Source: a bacterium (GTDB lineage: Bacteria > ARS69). Taken from it: DNA of 64,000 nucleotides. The notes beneath the pieces were generated by a model that did not search any database, was not told the origin of the DNA, and saw only the letters and a list, made by a program, of their open reading frames with translations. Within the stretch, counting starts at the first letter, position 1; each line of letters opens with the position of its first letter. Position numbers and translations under genes: made by a program. Below, in pieces: positions 27,581 through 36,039 of the stretch. The stretch lies in the NCBI GenBank assembly GCA_041393395.1, contig JAWKKG010000003.1:891126-955125 (forward strand), read 5' to 3'.

Positions 27581-29508
27581 CAGGTCTTCACCCCGGCGGG
27601 CGTGGCGGGCTTCTCGCGGGACGTCTCGACCGGCTTCGGTCGTCCGGACCCGCGACGCTCGATCAGCGGATACGCCCACCGGCGGAGCGCCGGGATGTGG
27701 ACGTGGATCCAGTAGTCGTACCAGTCGATCGCCTCGGGATTCCAGGGGAACCGCGCCTGCTCCTCATCCGACAGCGCGTGGAACAGCGTGGCGACGTGAT
27801 CCGCCTCGAACACCGGCTCGTGGTCGAGGAGAAACGGCTCGTACAGCTCGATCAGCTCCGTGGCGCGACGCAGCCGCTTCTCCACGGACGCGAGCGGCGC
27901 GCGCCGGCCCGGCGTGACGGCGGCGATCGCGCGGTTCAGTCCGCGCACGATCGCGAGCTGGCGCGGCGCGGACAGGTTCTCGTAGCGGGCGCGTGACACG
28001 GGCGTGGCCTCGAGACGGCCGAGCACGCGCTCGCGCCACGTGCGTCCCTGGCGGTAGAACCGCCGGTGCGCGAGGGCGGTGAGCTCCACCGCGCGCTCCA
28101 GGTTCAGCGGGTTCGTGGCGGAGGTGGCGAGCTGCGTCACGAGCGGGGCGCGGCCCTCCAGCAGCGCGGCGGCCACGATCGTCATCCCGCGGCACAGCAG
28201 GTCCACCGGGATCACGTCGAGTCGCTTGCGCTCGTTCACCGGCAGCTGTCGGAACGCCGTGCCGAGCAGGTGGGCGAGCGGCGCCGACGTGTTGATCCCC
28301 TCGTTCCAGCCGGGGGAGGAGAATGCGGACGTCTCCACGATCGCCGGACGCGCGATCGCGAGCGGCACGTCGCCGCGGCGTTCGGCCACGAGCGTCTCGC
28401 CGAGCGACTTCGTGAACGTGTACACGTTCGGCCAGCCGAGCTCGCGGGCACGGTCGCGAGCGAGTCGCACGAGCTCGCGTCGCCGCGGGCCCTCCATCGA
28501 CTGCCGCGCGAGACGCTCGCGCTCGGCGGTGGCGTCGAGCGGCAGGCCGAACGGCGTGCGCGTGCCGTCGAGCGTTTCGGCCACGCGACCCTCGCGCGCG
28601 CCCGCGACGAAACACGTCGACACGTGGAGGAATGCCGCACCGGCCTCGCGCGCGAGTTCGAGCAGGCGGAGCGGTCCGTCGACGTTGACGGCCAGCGCGT
28701 CGCGCGGATCGGGATTGAACTCGGTGAGCCCCGCGCAGTTGATCACGAGATCCGTCGATTCCACGACGCGCCGCCGATCGTCGCCGGAGAGTCCGAGATC
28801 CGGTCGCGCGAGATCGCCGGCCACGGCGCGCACCGCGGCGCGAGCGTCGGCGGGGACCTCCGCGAACACCGGGCTCGCGATCATCTGCGCGAGGCGGGCC
28901 TCCGGGTCCTGTCCTCGGGCGCGGAGCATCAGCGTCACGCTCCCGAGCTCCGGGAGCTGGCTCAGGAGCTGGGCGAGCCAGACCTTGCCGATGAAGCCCG
29001 TGGCGCCGCTGATGAGGAGTCGCTGCCCGGCGAGTGCGTCCCGAACCGACCAGGGGGCCGGCAGGGCGCCGCTCAGGAAGACCGGAGCGGGGCGCGCGGC
29101 GTCGTCCAGTCGCACCAGGTGCAGGTCGGGGAGTACGCGGCCGGTGGCCTTGCCGTCGCGGATCTCCACGCGGCGGCACACGTACCGATCGATCGAGAGC
29201 CGCCGCGCCACGGCGCGGACGACCGGCTCGAAGGCGTCGCTCTCGAGCACCACGACGTGGCCGGCGCGGAGCGCCTCGCGCACCCGGGTCACGCCATCCG
29301 GATTGAGACAGAGGGTCTCGGCGATCGCCTCACCGCGCCAGCGCAGTCGATCCTCGCTCGTGCCCGCGAGGCGCCGCGGCACGTGGCGGCCGGGAGCGAG
29401 ATCGCCCGGATCGAGCAGCAGGTCCCGCTCGAGCGAGACGGGCTCGGTCCGGAAGACCCGGGCTGCCGGGTCCGGACGTTCGGGGAGTGTCACGGGATCA
29501 CCGGCCAC
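27580..29508 (-). CDS. fatty acyl-CoA/ACP reductase-like protein (NAD_binding_4 plus C-terminal domain) with a ~190-aa N-terminal extension
   Basis: LISGATGFIGKVWL and YTFTKSLGE (YxxxK). Preferred start is GTG at 29508 with a GAGGAA RBS. The ORF finder's TTG at 29631 lies in low-GC, non-coding-looking DNA. Confidence 0.75.
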   Translation of the reverse strand: MAGDPVTLPERPDPAARVFRTEPVSLERDLLLDPGDLAPGRHVPRRLAGTSEDRLRWRGEAIAETLCLNPDGVTRVREALRAGHVVVLESDAFEPVVRAVARRLSIDRYVCRRVEIRDGKATGRVLPDLHLVRLDDAARPAPVFLSGALPAPWSVRDALAGQRLLISGATGFIGKVWLAQLLSQLPELGSVTLMLRARGQDPEARLAQMIASPVFAEVPADARAAVRAVAGDLARPDLGLSGDDRRRVVESTDLVINCAGLTEFNPDPRDALAVNVDGPLRLLELAREAGAAFLHVSTCFVAGAREGRVAETLDGTRTPFGLPLDATAERERLARQSMEGPRRRELVRLARDRARELGWPNVYTFTKSLGETLVAERRGDVPLAIARPAIVETSAFSSPGWNEGINTSAPLAHLLGTAFRQLPVNERKRLDVIPVDLLCRGMTIVAAALLEGRAPLVTQLATSATNPLNLERAVELTALAHRRFYRQGRTWRERVLGRLEATPVSRARYENLSAPRQLAIVRGLNRAIAAVTPGRRAPLASVEKRLRRATELIELYEPFLLDHEPVFEADHVATLFHALSDEEQARFPWNPEAIDWYDYWIHVHIPALRRWAYPLIERRGSGRPKPVETSREKPATPAGVKT

Positions 29509-29676
29509 GTTTTCCTCACGGATCCCGGAACTCTCCGGCGATCTTGAAAAAAATACAAGGCACAAGGAGTCCGAGCGTGCCGCGCCCGGGGCGGGAGTTT
29601 CGCCCGGATCCTCGAACTTGTTTGAATTCAATGTCTTGTGCGTGCCCGGGGCCCGATGGAGTCTGCGCAGATGGAA

Positions 29677-29693
29677 TGGGCACGCTTCCTGCT
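29677..29693 (+). promoter_or_regulatory. sigma-54 (-24/-12) promoter match
   Basis: tgGGCACGcttcCTGCt: GGCACG at 29679-29684 and TGC at 29690-92, spaced as in the consensus TGGCACG-N4-TTGCW. Intergenic, next to a sigma-54 activator gene. Confidence 0.5.
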
Positions 29694-29702
29694 GTGTACC
29701 GG

Positions 29703-29802
29703 TTCAATCCTTTCCCGGGATGTGACCCTCGGGTACCCGAGCCCGAGACTCGCGGAAGGAAGGAAATGGACCCCCGGGCTTGCTCGGGGGTCCTTCCTTT
29801 TG
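29703..29802 (+). ncRNA. candidate sigma-54-dependent small RNA (about 100 nt)
   Basis: Bounded by the -12 element (predicted start ~29703) and the strong hairpin plus T-run at 29761-29802. Contains no credible ORF apart from a possible 21-codon one. Confidence 0.3.
29761..29802. terminator. bidirectional intrinsic terminator
   Basis: AGGAA-at-GGACCCCCGG-cttg-CTCGGGGGTCC-TTCCT, then TTTTG on the plus strand. On the minus strand it sits 26 nt after the sigma-54 activator stop. Confidence 0.6.
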
Positions 29803-29827
29803 CGGTCCCGGCTCGTGAGAGAGCCGA

Positions 29828-31228
29828 CTAGCGCGCGCTCGGTTCGGGCGCCGAGTCCACCGCGGCATCGCGGGCCGCGCCGTGCTCGTCCTGCTCGTAT
29901 TCCTTGAGCCGATTGTAGAGCGTCTTGAGGCTGACGCCCAGGGTCGCGGCCGCCTCTCGCTTGTTTCCGCCCAGCTGCTCGAGCGTCGCGAGAATGAGCG
30001 CCTTCTCCGCCGTGGCGATCGACGTTCCGACCTCCACCGTGACCCGATGGCCGCTCTGCGTCGCGCGGGGACGGCGCGTGCCGAGCGGGACCGCGTCGGC
30101 GCCGATGATCTCGCCGCCCATGATCCAGGCCCGCTCCACCACGTTCTTCAGCTCGCGGACGTTGCCGGGCCAGTCGTGCTGGGAAAGCCGCGCGAGCGCC
30201 TCGTCCGAGAAGCGCTTCGGCTCGGGCTTGCCCTGATTCAGCGAGTCGAGGAACGCGTGCGCGAGCAGCCCGACGTCGTCGTCGCGATCGCGCAGCGGCG
30301 GCAGTTCCACGGGGAACACGTTCAGCCGGTACAGGAGATCCTCGCGCAGCTTTCCGTCGGAGACGGCCTGCTCCGGATCGCGGTTCGTGGCGGAGATCAG
30401 TCGCACGTCGACCTTCTTGGCCACACCGCCGCCGATGCGCGTGACCTCGCCCGTCTCCAGGATCCGAAGCAGCTTCACCTGCAGCTCGGTCGGCATCTCG
30501 GTGATCTCGTCGAGGAACAGCGTGCCGCCGTCCGCGCGCTCGAAGATTCCGGTGCGGCGTTCCTGCGCGCCCGTGAAGCTGCCCTTCTCGTGTCCGAAGA
30601 ACTCGGACTCGATGAGCGAGGGCGCGATCGCGCCGCAGTTCACCGCGAGGAACGGCTTCTTCGCGCGCCGGCTCAGCTCGTGCAGCGTATGGGCCGCGAC
30701 TTCCTTGCCGGTGCCGGTCTCGCCCGTGATGAGCACGGTGGTGTCCGTGGGCGCGACGCGTTCGATGCGGTCGTACACGCCCTGCATCGCGGGCGAGCCG
30801 CCGATGATGCGGCCGAAGCGGCCGAGCCGGCGCAGCTCGCCGCGCAGCGTGTCGATCTCGCGGCGCAGGTCCGCGTTGCGCTCCACGTGACCGAGGATCT
30901 TCCGCAACCGATCGAGGTCCACGGGCTTCGTGAGGTAATCCACCGCGCCGCCGCGCATCGCGTCCACGGCGGAGCGGATCGAGCCCTGCCCGGTCATGAA
31001 CACGACTTCCGTGTCCGGGAGGTTCGTCAGGTCCTCGAGCAGATCGAGGCCCGTTCCGTCCGGCAGGTAGAGATCGAGCAGCACGACGTCGGGGTTCGAG
31101 CGATCGAGCTGGGAGCGGGCGGCTTCGAGCGAGTCGGCGGTGCTGACCTCGAAACCCTCGCGCTCGACCCAGCGGGCGAGCGAGCGGAGTCCGCCCGGGT
31201 CGTCGTCGATGAGAAGGGCGCTCGGCAT
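29828..31228 (-). CDS. sigma-54-dependent response regulator (NtrC family)
   Basis: REC domain (LLIDDDP, VLLDLYLPDG). AAA+ domain with GETGTGKE and a GSFTGA loop. C-terminal Fis-type HTH AAATLGVSLKTLYNRLKE. Confidence 0.93.
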   Translation of the reverse strand: MPSALLIDDDPGGLRSLARWVEREGFEVSTADSLEAARSQLDRSNPDVVLLDLYLPDGTGLDLLEDLTNLPDTEVVFMTGQGSIRSAVDAMRGGAVDYLTKPVDLDRLRKILGHVERNADLRREIDTLRGELRRLGRFGRIIGGSPAMQGVYDRIERVAPTDTTVLITGETGTGKEVAAHTLHELSRRAKKPFLAVNCGAIAPSLIESEFFGHEKGSFTGAQERRTGIFERADGGTLFLDEITEMPTELQVKLLRILETGEVTRIGGGVAKKVDVRLISATNRDPEQAVSDGKLREDLLYRLNVFPVELPPLRDRDDDVGLLAHAFLDSLNQGKPEPKRFSDEALARLSQHDWPGNVRELKNVVERAWIMGGEIIGADAVPLGTRRPRATQSGHRVTVEVGTSIATAEKALILATLEQLGGNKREAAATLGVSLKTLYNRLKEYEQDEHGAARDAAVDSAPEPSAR

Positions 31229-31235
31229 GGGCGTT

Positions 31236-31973
31236 CTAGTCCTCCTGGAGCGGCAACTCGATCTCGACCGCGGTTCCCGCTCCGCGCGACTCGACCCGGA
31301 TCCGCCCGTGATGCTCCGATTCGAGGATGTCCCGGGCGATGGTCAGACCGAGGCCGTCGTGGTCGGGTTTCCTCGTGAACCGCGCCTCGAACACCCGTTC
31401 GAGATCCGCGGCGGCGACTCCCTCGCCGGCGTCGGTCACCGTGGTTCGAGCGCGCCCGCCCTCGAGGGTCGTCGCGATCCGCACCACGCCGCCGGACGAC
31501 GAGGCCTCGAGCGCGTTCAGGAGGACGTTCAGGGCCGCCTGCAGCAGCGGTCCGTGTCCTCCCTGCACTCGAGGCGCCGATTCCGGACGCGAGACCTCGA
31601 CGCGGACCCCCCGCAGGAGGGCGCGCTGCCGGGTCAGGCGCACGGCTTCCTCCCAGACGTCGCAAGGATCGAGCCCGCTTTGCGTTTTTTGCAAAGCGTC
31701 GGGCAACGGCGCCACCGAACTCAGCCCAGAGTTTACCCGGGAGAGCTCCCGGGCCAGCGTCTCGATCGACTCGAGGGCCCGGACCCGCACTCCGGGGTGG
31801 CCCCAGTCGTCGAGGTCGAGGCCCTGGCGCAGGAGGTCCAGCTCCAGCGTGGCGGCGTTCAGAGGGCCTCGCGCGTCGTGGATGAGGGTGCCCTGCACGA
31901 CCTCGCGGAGGCGGGCGAGGTTCGCGAGACGTAGACAATCCAGGCTCTCCGCCGAGCGAGCGGTCGTGGGCAC
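31236..31973 (-). CDS. cytoplasmic histidine kinase (no sensor domain)
   Basis: H-box LIHDARGPLNA and HATPase G-boxes DAGEGV / GLGLTIAR. Lies 7 nt upstream of the sigma-54 regulator. Confidence 0.82.
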   Translation of the reverse strand: MPTTARSAESLDCLRLANLARLREVVQGTLIHDARGPLNAATLELDLLRQGLDLDDWGHPGVRVRALESIETLARELSRVNSGLSSVAPLPDALQKTQSGLDPCDVWEEAVRLTRQRALLRGVRVEVSRPESAPRVQGGHGPLLQAALNVLLNALEASSSGGVVRIATTLEGGRARTTVTDAGEGVAAADLERVFEARFTRKPDHDGLGLTIARDILESEHHGRIRVESRGAGTAVEIELPLQED

Positions 31974-32263
31974 GGCAGTCTCCTCCAGGGGGCAGGTGCG
32001 ACGCGGATTCTAGCAGGCGCCGCCGGTGGGCGGGGACGTTCCCCCGGATTCGCCCGCCGGATTTTGTAGAAATTTCCATCGCGCTGAAAAAACGGCGCCG
32101 ACGTTCCCCGCGCCGGACAACCCGCGGATCTCTCCGAGAATTGCTGATTGTGAAGATTCGATGTGAATTCTGGCCCCTCGGGGTCGCGAGGAGCGGGGTC
32201 CTCCGAAAGCCGGTCCCCCGGGTCCGGTTTGGTCTCCGTCTTGCAGAAAGAACGTTCTGCGCG

Positions 32264-32279
32264 TGGCACCCCGCGCGCT
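32264..32279 (+). promoter_or_regulatory. sigma-54 (-24/-12) promoter match upstream of the small membrane protein gene
   Basis: TGGCACcccgcgcGCt: perfect TGGCAC (32264-32269) and GC at 32277-78 with consensus spacing. Lies 22 nt before the ATG at 32301, with AGGAGGG between. Confidence 0.45.
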
Positions 32280-32300
32280 TAACCACCAGGAGGGTGATCC

Positions 32301-32591
32301 ATGTACCGCCCCTCTCCCGTTTCTACATCCTCGCTCCCGGATCGCGCTTCGTTCCCGCTCGCGGCAGCGGTGGTGACGGGCGCGTGGGCGCTGGCGGCCT
32401 CCATCGTCTCCTTCGTTGCGCGCCCCCTCGGGGCCTATGAGCTCTCGCTCGGCGCGGCGCACGCGGCGATGTGGCTGTTCGGCGGCACCGCAGTTTGCCT
32501 GACCATCGCGATGCTCGTGAGTCGCCGGTTCGTGCCGCGCGGCCACCTGAGCCACTCGTCGCACGTCTCGATCACGGGCCGGCCGTACTAG
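32301..32591 (+). CDS. small (96 aa) two-TM membrane protein
   Basis: Strong RBS AGGAGGG. Two hydrophobic helices: FPLAAAVVTGAWALAASIVSF and AAMWLFGGTAVCLTIAMLV. Confidence 0.55.
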   Translation: MYRPSPVSTSSLPDRASFPLAAAVVTGAWALAASIVSFVARPLGAYELSLGAAHAAMWLFGGTAVCLTIAMLVSRRFVPRGHLSHSSHVSITGRPY

Positions 32592-32684
32592 CTTTCGGCC
32601 GGCCAGTTTCGTCCGGCTTCGCCCGGGAGCTTCGACCAGGCCGCTTGGGCCGGGCCGCTTCGTTCGGCATCGGGCCACCCCGGA

Positions 32685-35600
32685 TCAGGCGCGCCCGCAT
32701 TCCGCCAGGAGCGTGGCGAGACGCTGCGTGTCGACGGGCTTCGTGAGGTGCAGCCGGAAGCCCGCCTCGCGCGCGGCGCGAATCGTGTCCTCGTCGCCGA
32801 AGCCCGTGAGCGCGATCAGGTGGATCGCCTTCGTCTCGGGCGATGCCTGCAGACGTCGCGCGACCTCGAAACCATCCATGCCCGGCAGCCCGATGTCGCA
32901 CACGAGCACGTCCGGCGAGAACTCGCGCGCCTGCTCGAGTCCGGCCGGGCCGTCGTACGCCACCGCGACCTGGTTGCCGGAGATCTCGAGCAACCGCTTC
33001 AGCGCGTCGGCGGAGTCGCGGTGATCGTCCACCACGAGGATGCGACGCGGTGACGTCGTGCCGTTCGCGGCCGGCTTCGGCGCCTGCGCGGCCGCGCTCG
33101 TGTCGATCGGCAGCGTGAATCGGAAGTCCGCGCCGAGTCCCTGGCCTTCGCTGCGCACTTCCACGCGTCCGCCGTGCGCCTCCACGAGGCCCTTCACGAT
33201 CGGGAGACCGAGTCCGAGCCCGCCCGTCATCCGGTCGCGTGCGAGCTCGGTCTGCACGAACGGCTCGAACACGCGCGCGAGGTCGGCGGGGTCGATGCCG
33301 CAGCCGCTGTCGGCCACGGAGACCGTCGTCTCGCCGGTGGCGACGTCTTCGGTCAGCGACACCGCGATCGTGCCGCCCGCGTCCGTGAACTTGCGCGCGT
33401 TCGCGAGCAGGTTCGCGAGCACCTGCTGCACCCGGTACGGATCGGCGCGCACGCGCACCGCGTGGTCCGGCACCGCGGCGGTGAGCACGAGTCCGGTCGC
33501 CTCGAAGCGCGCGCGCACGGATTCCACGGAGTCGAGCACGATCTCGCGCAGGTCCGCTGTCTCGGGGCGCAGCGTGAGCTTGTCGCTCGCGAGCTGCGAG
33601 ACCTCGAGCAGATCGTCCACGAGTCGCGCGAGCTGATCGACCTGACGATCGATGATGCGTCGCATGCGGCGGGCGTCGCCGTCCCCGTTGTCGGAGGTCG
33701 AGCGTCCGTTCATCTCGTCGCGACGCCAGGACGACGTGAGGACCTGCATCGCCGTGCGGATCGAGCCGAGCGGGTTGCGCAGCTCGTGCCCGAGCATGTG
33801 GATGAAGTTGTCCTTCGCCTCGTTCGTCGCCTTCAGGCGCGAGGACGCGGAACGCTGCGCTTCGTACAGCATCGCGTTGTCCATGGCGATCGCGGCCTGC
33901 GCGGCGAGGGACGCCGCGATCTCCTCGTCGCGCGCGCGGAAGCGGCCGGGGCGGCCGTGCGCCACGCGCAACGTTCCCTGCGCCTGCCCCGAGCGCGACA
34001 CGACGGGCACCGCGAGCTCGCTCGCGAACCGATGGGCCGCAGGGTCGTGGCCGCCGAACACGGAGCCGAGCGGACCCGAGATCGCGCGCCGACGTTCCGC
34101 CACCCCCTCCTCGTCACGCACGGTGTAGTCCAGCGAGCCGGCCTCCGCGCCCGTGAGCTCGGTGGCGGCGTCGGTGACGGCCTGCACCACCTTCGAGAGA
34201 TCGAGCTCGGCGGACACGAGGCGCCCCAGCGTCTGCGTGCGGCGGAGAACGTCCTCGGTACGGCGACGTTCCTGGACCTCGGTGCGCAGGTTCGTCATGG
34301 ACTGCTCGAGCTCGTGCGTGCGATCGCGCACCGCGTCTTCCAGCGTACGTGCGCGCAGCGCCGCGACGTCCGCGAACCGGAACGTGAGGGTGAGCAGGAT
34401 CGCGATCAGCAGCGACGCGCCGAGCGCGAGCCCCGGCAGCGGGGTGGCGAGCGCCGCGAGCAGCCCGGGCTGGGGCGCGAGCGCGATCTCCCACGGCACC
34501 GCGCCCGGAAGCTCGAGCGGCATGCGTCGCGTCCACGGCGGCGGCGTCGTGAGGTCCAGTTCGCCCTCGCGGAACACCTCGCGTCCCTGGCAGAGCACCA
34601 CCACGGAGTAGCCCGGCGTGAGATGACGTGACAGCGCCGAGAACGCGCGCTTCGCGGAGAACACGCCGGAGAGATACGCCTCCGGATGCGACGGCGACGC
34701 GAGCGGGATGATCACGCGGAACACCTTGCCGCCGTCATCCGCCACCTCGAACGGCCCGACCACGACCGCCTGGCCCGTCTCGCGGGAGACGAGCAGCGCG
34801 CGCTCGCGCCGGATCTGGTTCTGGTAGGTGTCCGCGAGTCGCACCGGCTCGTCGCGCGTGGACGCCACGATGCGCGGCGCGAAGCGCGCGTCGATCCACT
34901 CGATCAGCTCGAAGCCGCGGAACGCGCCGACGGTGAGGCGCGCATCCTTCTGCCACGCGGCCGGGGAGTCCCAGCCGCTTTCCTTGCCTTGATCCGCGAG
35001 TCGGGTGAGTGCGAGCACCACTGATCCCGTGGACGTGATCATCTCGTTGCGCAGGCCGCGCGCGGTGGCCTCGACCATGCGGTGGATCGTGTCCTGCTCC
35101 TGCGCGCGCAGCGCGGCCCAGAACAGCACGCCGGCCACGGCGGCGCTCGTGCCCACGAGCACGGGCCGCCACCACGAACGTTCCTCGCGGATCTGCGCCT
35201 CGCGCTCGAACGCGAGGAAGATGACTCCGGAACCGAACACGGTGAACGCGAGCGCCGAGTGGATCGCCATGCGCGCGGCGGCGCCCCAGCCGAACGCCTG
35301 CGTCACGTCGGCGGCGTAGCCGAGCAGCGCGACCGCGCCGAGCGTGAGCACGCCCACGCCGAGCAGCGCGCCGAGGTACACCGAGCGACGCACCACCAGG
35401 ATCGCGCCGGCCGCGAGCGCGAACGCCATCAACGTGTTCGGCGCGATCGGCCCGTCCGGGCCCATGTCGTCGTTCTGCGCGGAGTCCACGACCATCACGG
35501 GCTCGTTCGGCAGCTCCACGATCTCGGCGAGCTCGGGATCGATCGCGGGCGCGCCCTTCTGCACCGACGTGCCGGGCGCACTCGGCGCGGCCTCGGTGGT

Positions 35601-35936
35601 CTCCTCGGCCGCGGGCGGTGGCGGCGCCTCGATCGGCGCGCGCGGCAGGAACTGCGGCAGCGCGGAGGAGATCACGAGCACGACCGCGGCCACGCTGAGG
35701 TGCGCGACGCGTCGCCATTCGCGATGCCTCGCCACGAGGCCGAGGCCGATGAACACGAGCCCCGCCGCCACGAGCGGTCGCATCGGCGGCAACCACGGGC
35801 GGACCTGCGTCAGACCCGAGTTGCCGGTCTGCCAGCCCACGAGGACGGTCACGCCCAGCAGCGCGACGAGCAGTCCCGCGAGGAACGGAGCGCCGCGGAA
35901 GATCCGGCGAAGCAGCAGAACGAAGCGCATCGGCAT
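32685..35936 (-). CDS. hybrid sensor histidine kinase/response regulator (multi-TM N-terminus, periplasmic-type sensor, GAF-like, HisKA, HATPase, REC)
   Basis: Start MPMRFVLLL. H-box MLGHELRNPLGS. HATPase DSGCGI / GLGLGLPIV. C-terminal REC RILVVDDH...VLVCDIGLPGMDG. Confidence 0.88.
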   Translation of the reverse strand: MPMRFVLLLRRIFRGAPFLAGLLVALLGVTVLVGWQTGNSGLTQVRPWLPPMRPLVAAGLVFIGLGLVARHREWRRVAHLSVAAVVLVISSALPQFLPRAPIEAPPPPAAEETTEAAPSAPGTSVQKGAPAIDPELAEIVELPNEPVMVVDSAQNDDMGPDGPIAPNTLMAFALAAGAILVVRRSVYLGALLGVGVLTLGAVALLGYAADVTQAFGWGAAARMAIHSALAFTVFGSGVIFLAFEREAQIREERSWWRPVLVGTSAAVAGVLFWAALRAQEQDTIHRMVEATARGLRNEMITSTGSVVLALTRLADQGKESGWDSPAAWQKDARLTVGAFRGFELIEWIDARFAPRIVASTRDEPVRLADTYQNQIRRERALLVSRETGQAVVVGPFEVADDGGKVFRVIIPLASPSHPEAYLSGVFSAKRAFSALSRHLTPGYSVVVLCQGREVFREGELDLTTPPPWTRRMPLELPGAVPWEIALAPQPGLLAALATPLPGLALGASLLIAILLTLTFRFADVAALRARTLEDAVRDRTHELEQSMTNLRTEVQERRRTEDVLRRTQTLGRLVSAELDLSKVVQAVTDAATELTGAEAGSLDYTVRDEEGVAERRRAISGPLGSVFGGHDPAAHRFASELAVPVVSRSGQAQGTLRVAHGRPGRFRARDEEIAASLAAQAAIAMDNAMLYEAQRSASSRLKATNEAKDNFIHMLGHELRNPLGSIRTAMQVLTSSWRRDEMNGRSTSDNGDGDARRMRRIIDRQVDQLARLVDDLLEVSQLASDKLTLRPETADLREIVLDSVESVRARFEATGLVLTAAVPDHAVRVRADPYRVQQVLANLLANARKFTDAGGTIAVSLTEDVATGETTVSVADSGCGIDPADLARVFEPFVQTELARDRMTGGLGLGLPIVKGLVEAHGGRVEVRSEGQGLGADFRFTLPIDTSAAAQAPKPAANGTTSPRRILVVDDHRDSADALKRLLEISGNQVAVAYDGPAGLEQAREFSPDVLVCDIGLPGMDGFEVARRLQASPETKAIHLIALTGFGDEDTIRAAREAGFRLHLTKPVDTQRLATLLAECGRA

Positions 35937-36039
35937 CCGCAGGGGGAAAGGAAGGGCAGACGCCTGGACTATACCGAAGCCGGACCGCCTCTGGCGATCC
36001 CCGCGCGCCTTGGCTACCTTGCAGGCGGCGGAGGCGGCC

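Noticed and set aside
29509-29631. The TTG start at 29631 given by the ORF track for the FAR-like gene (N-terminus MNSNKFEDPG...).
   Set aside because: The first ~40 codons fall in low-GC, palindrome-containing (TTGAATTCAA), non-coding-looking DNA with no RBS. GTG at 29508 has a GAGGAA RBS, so it is preferred, though the longer form cannot be excluded.
29509-29827. A sigma-54 promoter on the minus strand that would drive the lipid operon directly.
   Set aside because: The GGCAC-containing strings on that strand (around 29575-29581 and 29642-29647) have GACT or AGAC where the -12 TTGC should be, so no acceptable -24/-12 pair exists. Control of the lipid operon by the adjacent activator therefore remains unsupported.
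29766-29831. A 21-codon ORF (MDPRACSGVLPFAVPARERAD) behind the purine-rich GGAAGGAAGGAA.
   Set aside because: The apparent SD sequence and the start codon form the 5' arm of the terminator hairpin, and the ORF runs into the convergent regulator's stop. It is more likely structural RNA than a micro-protein, and is kept only as an alternative under the sRNA finding.
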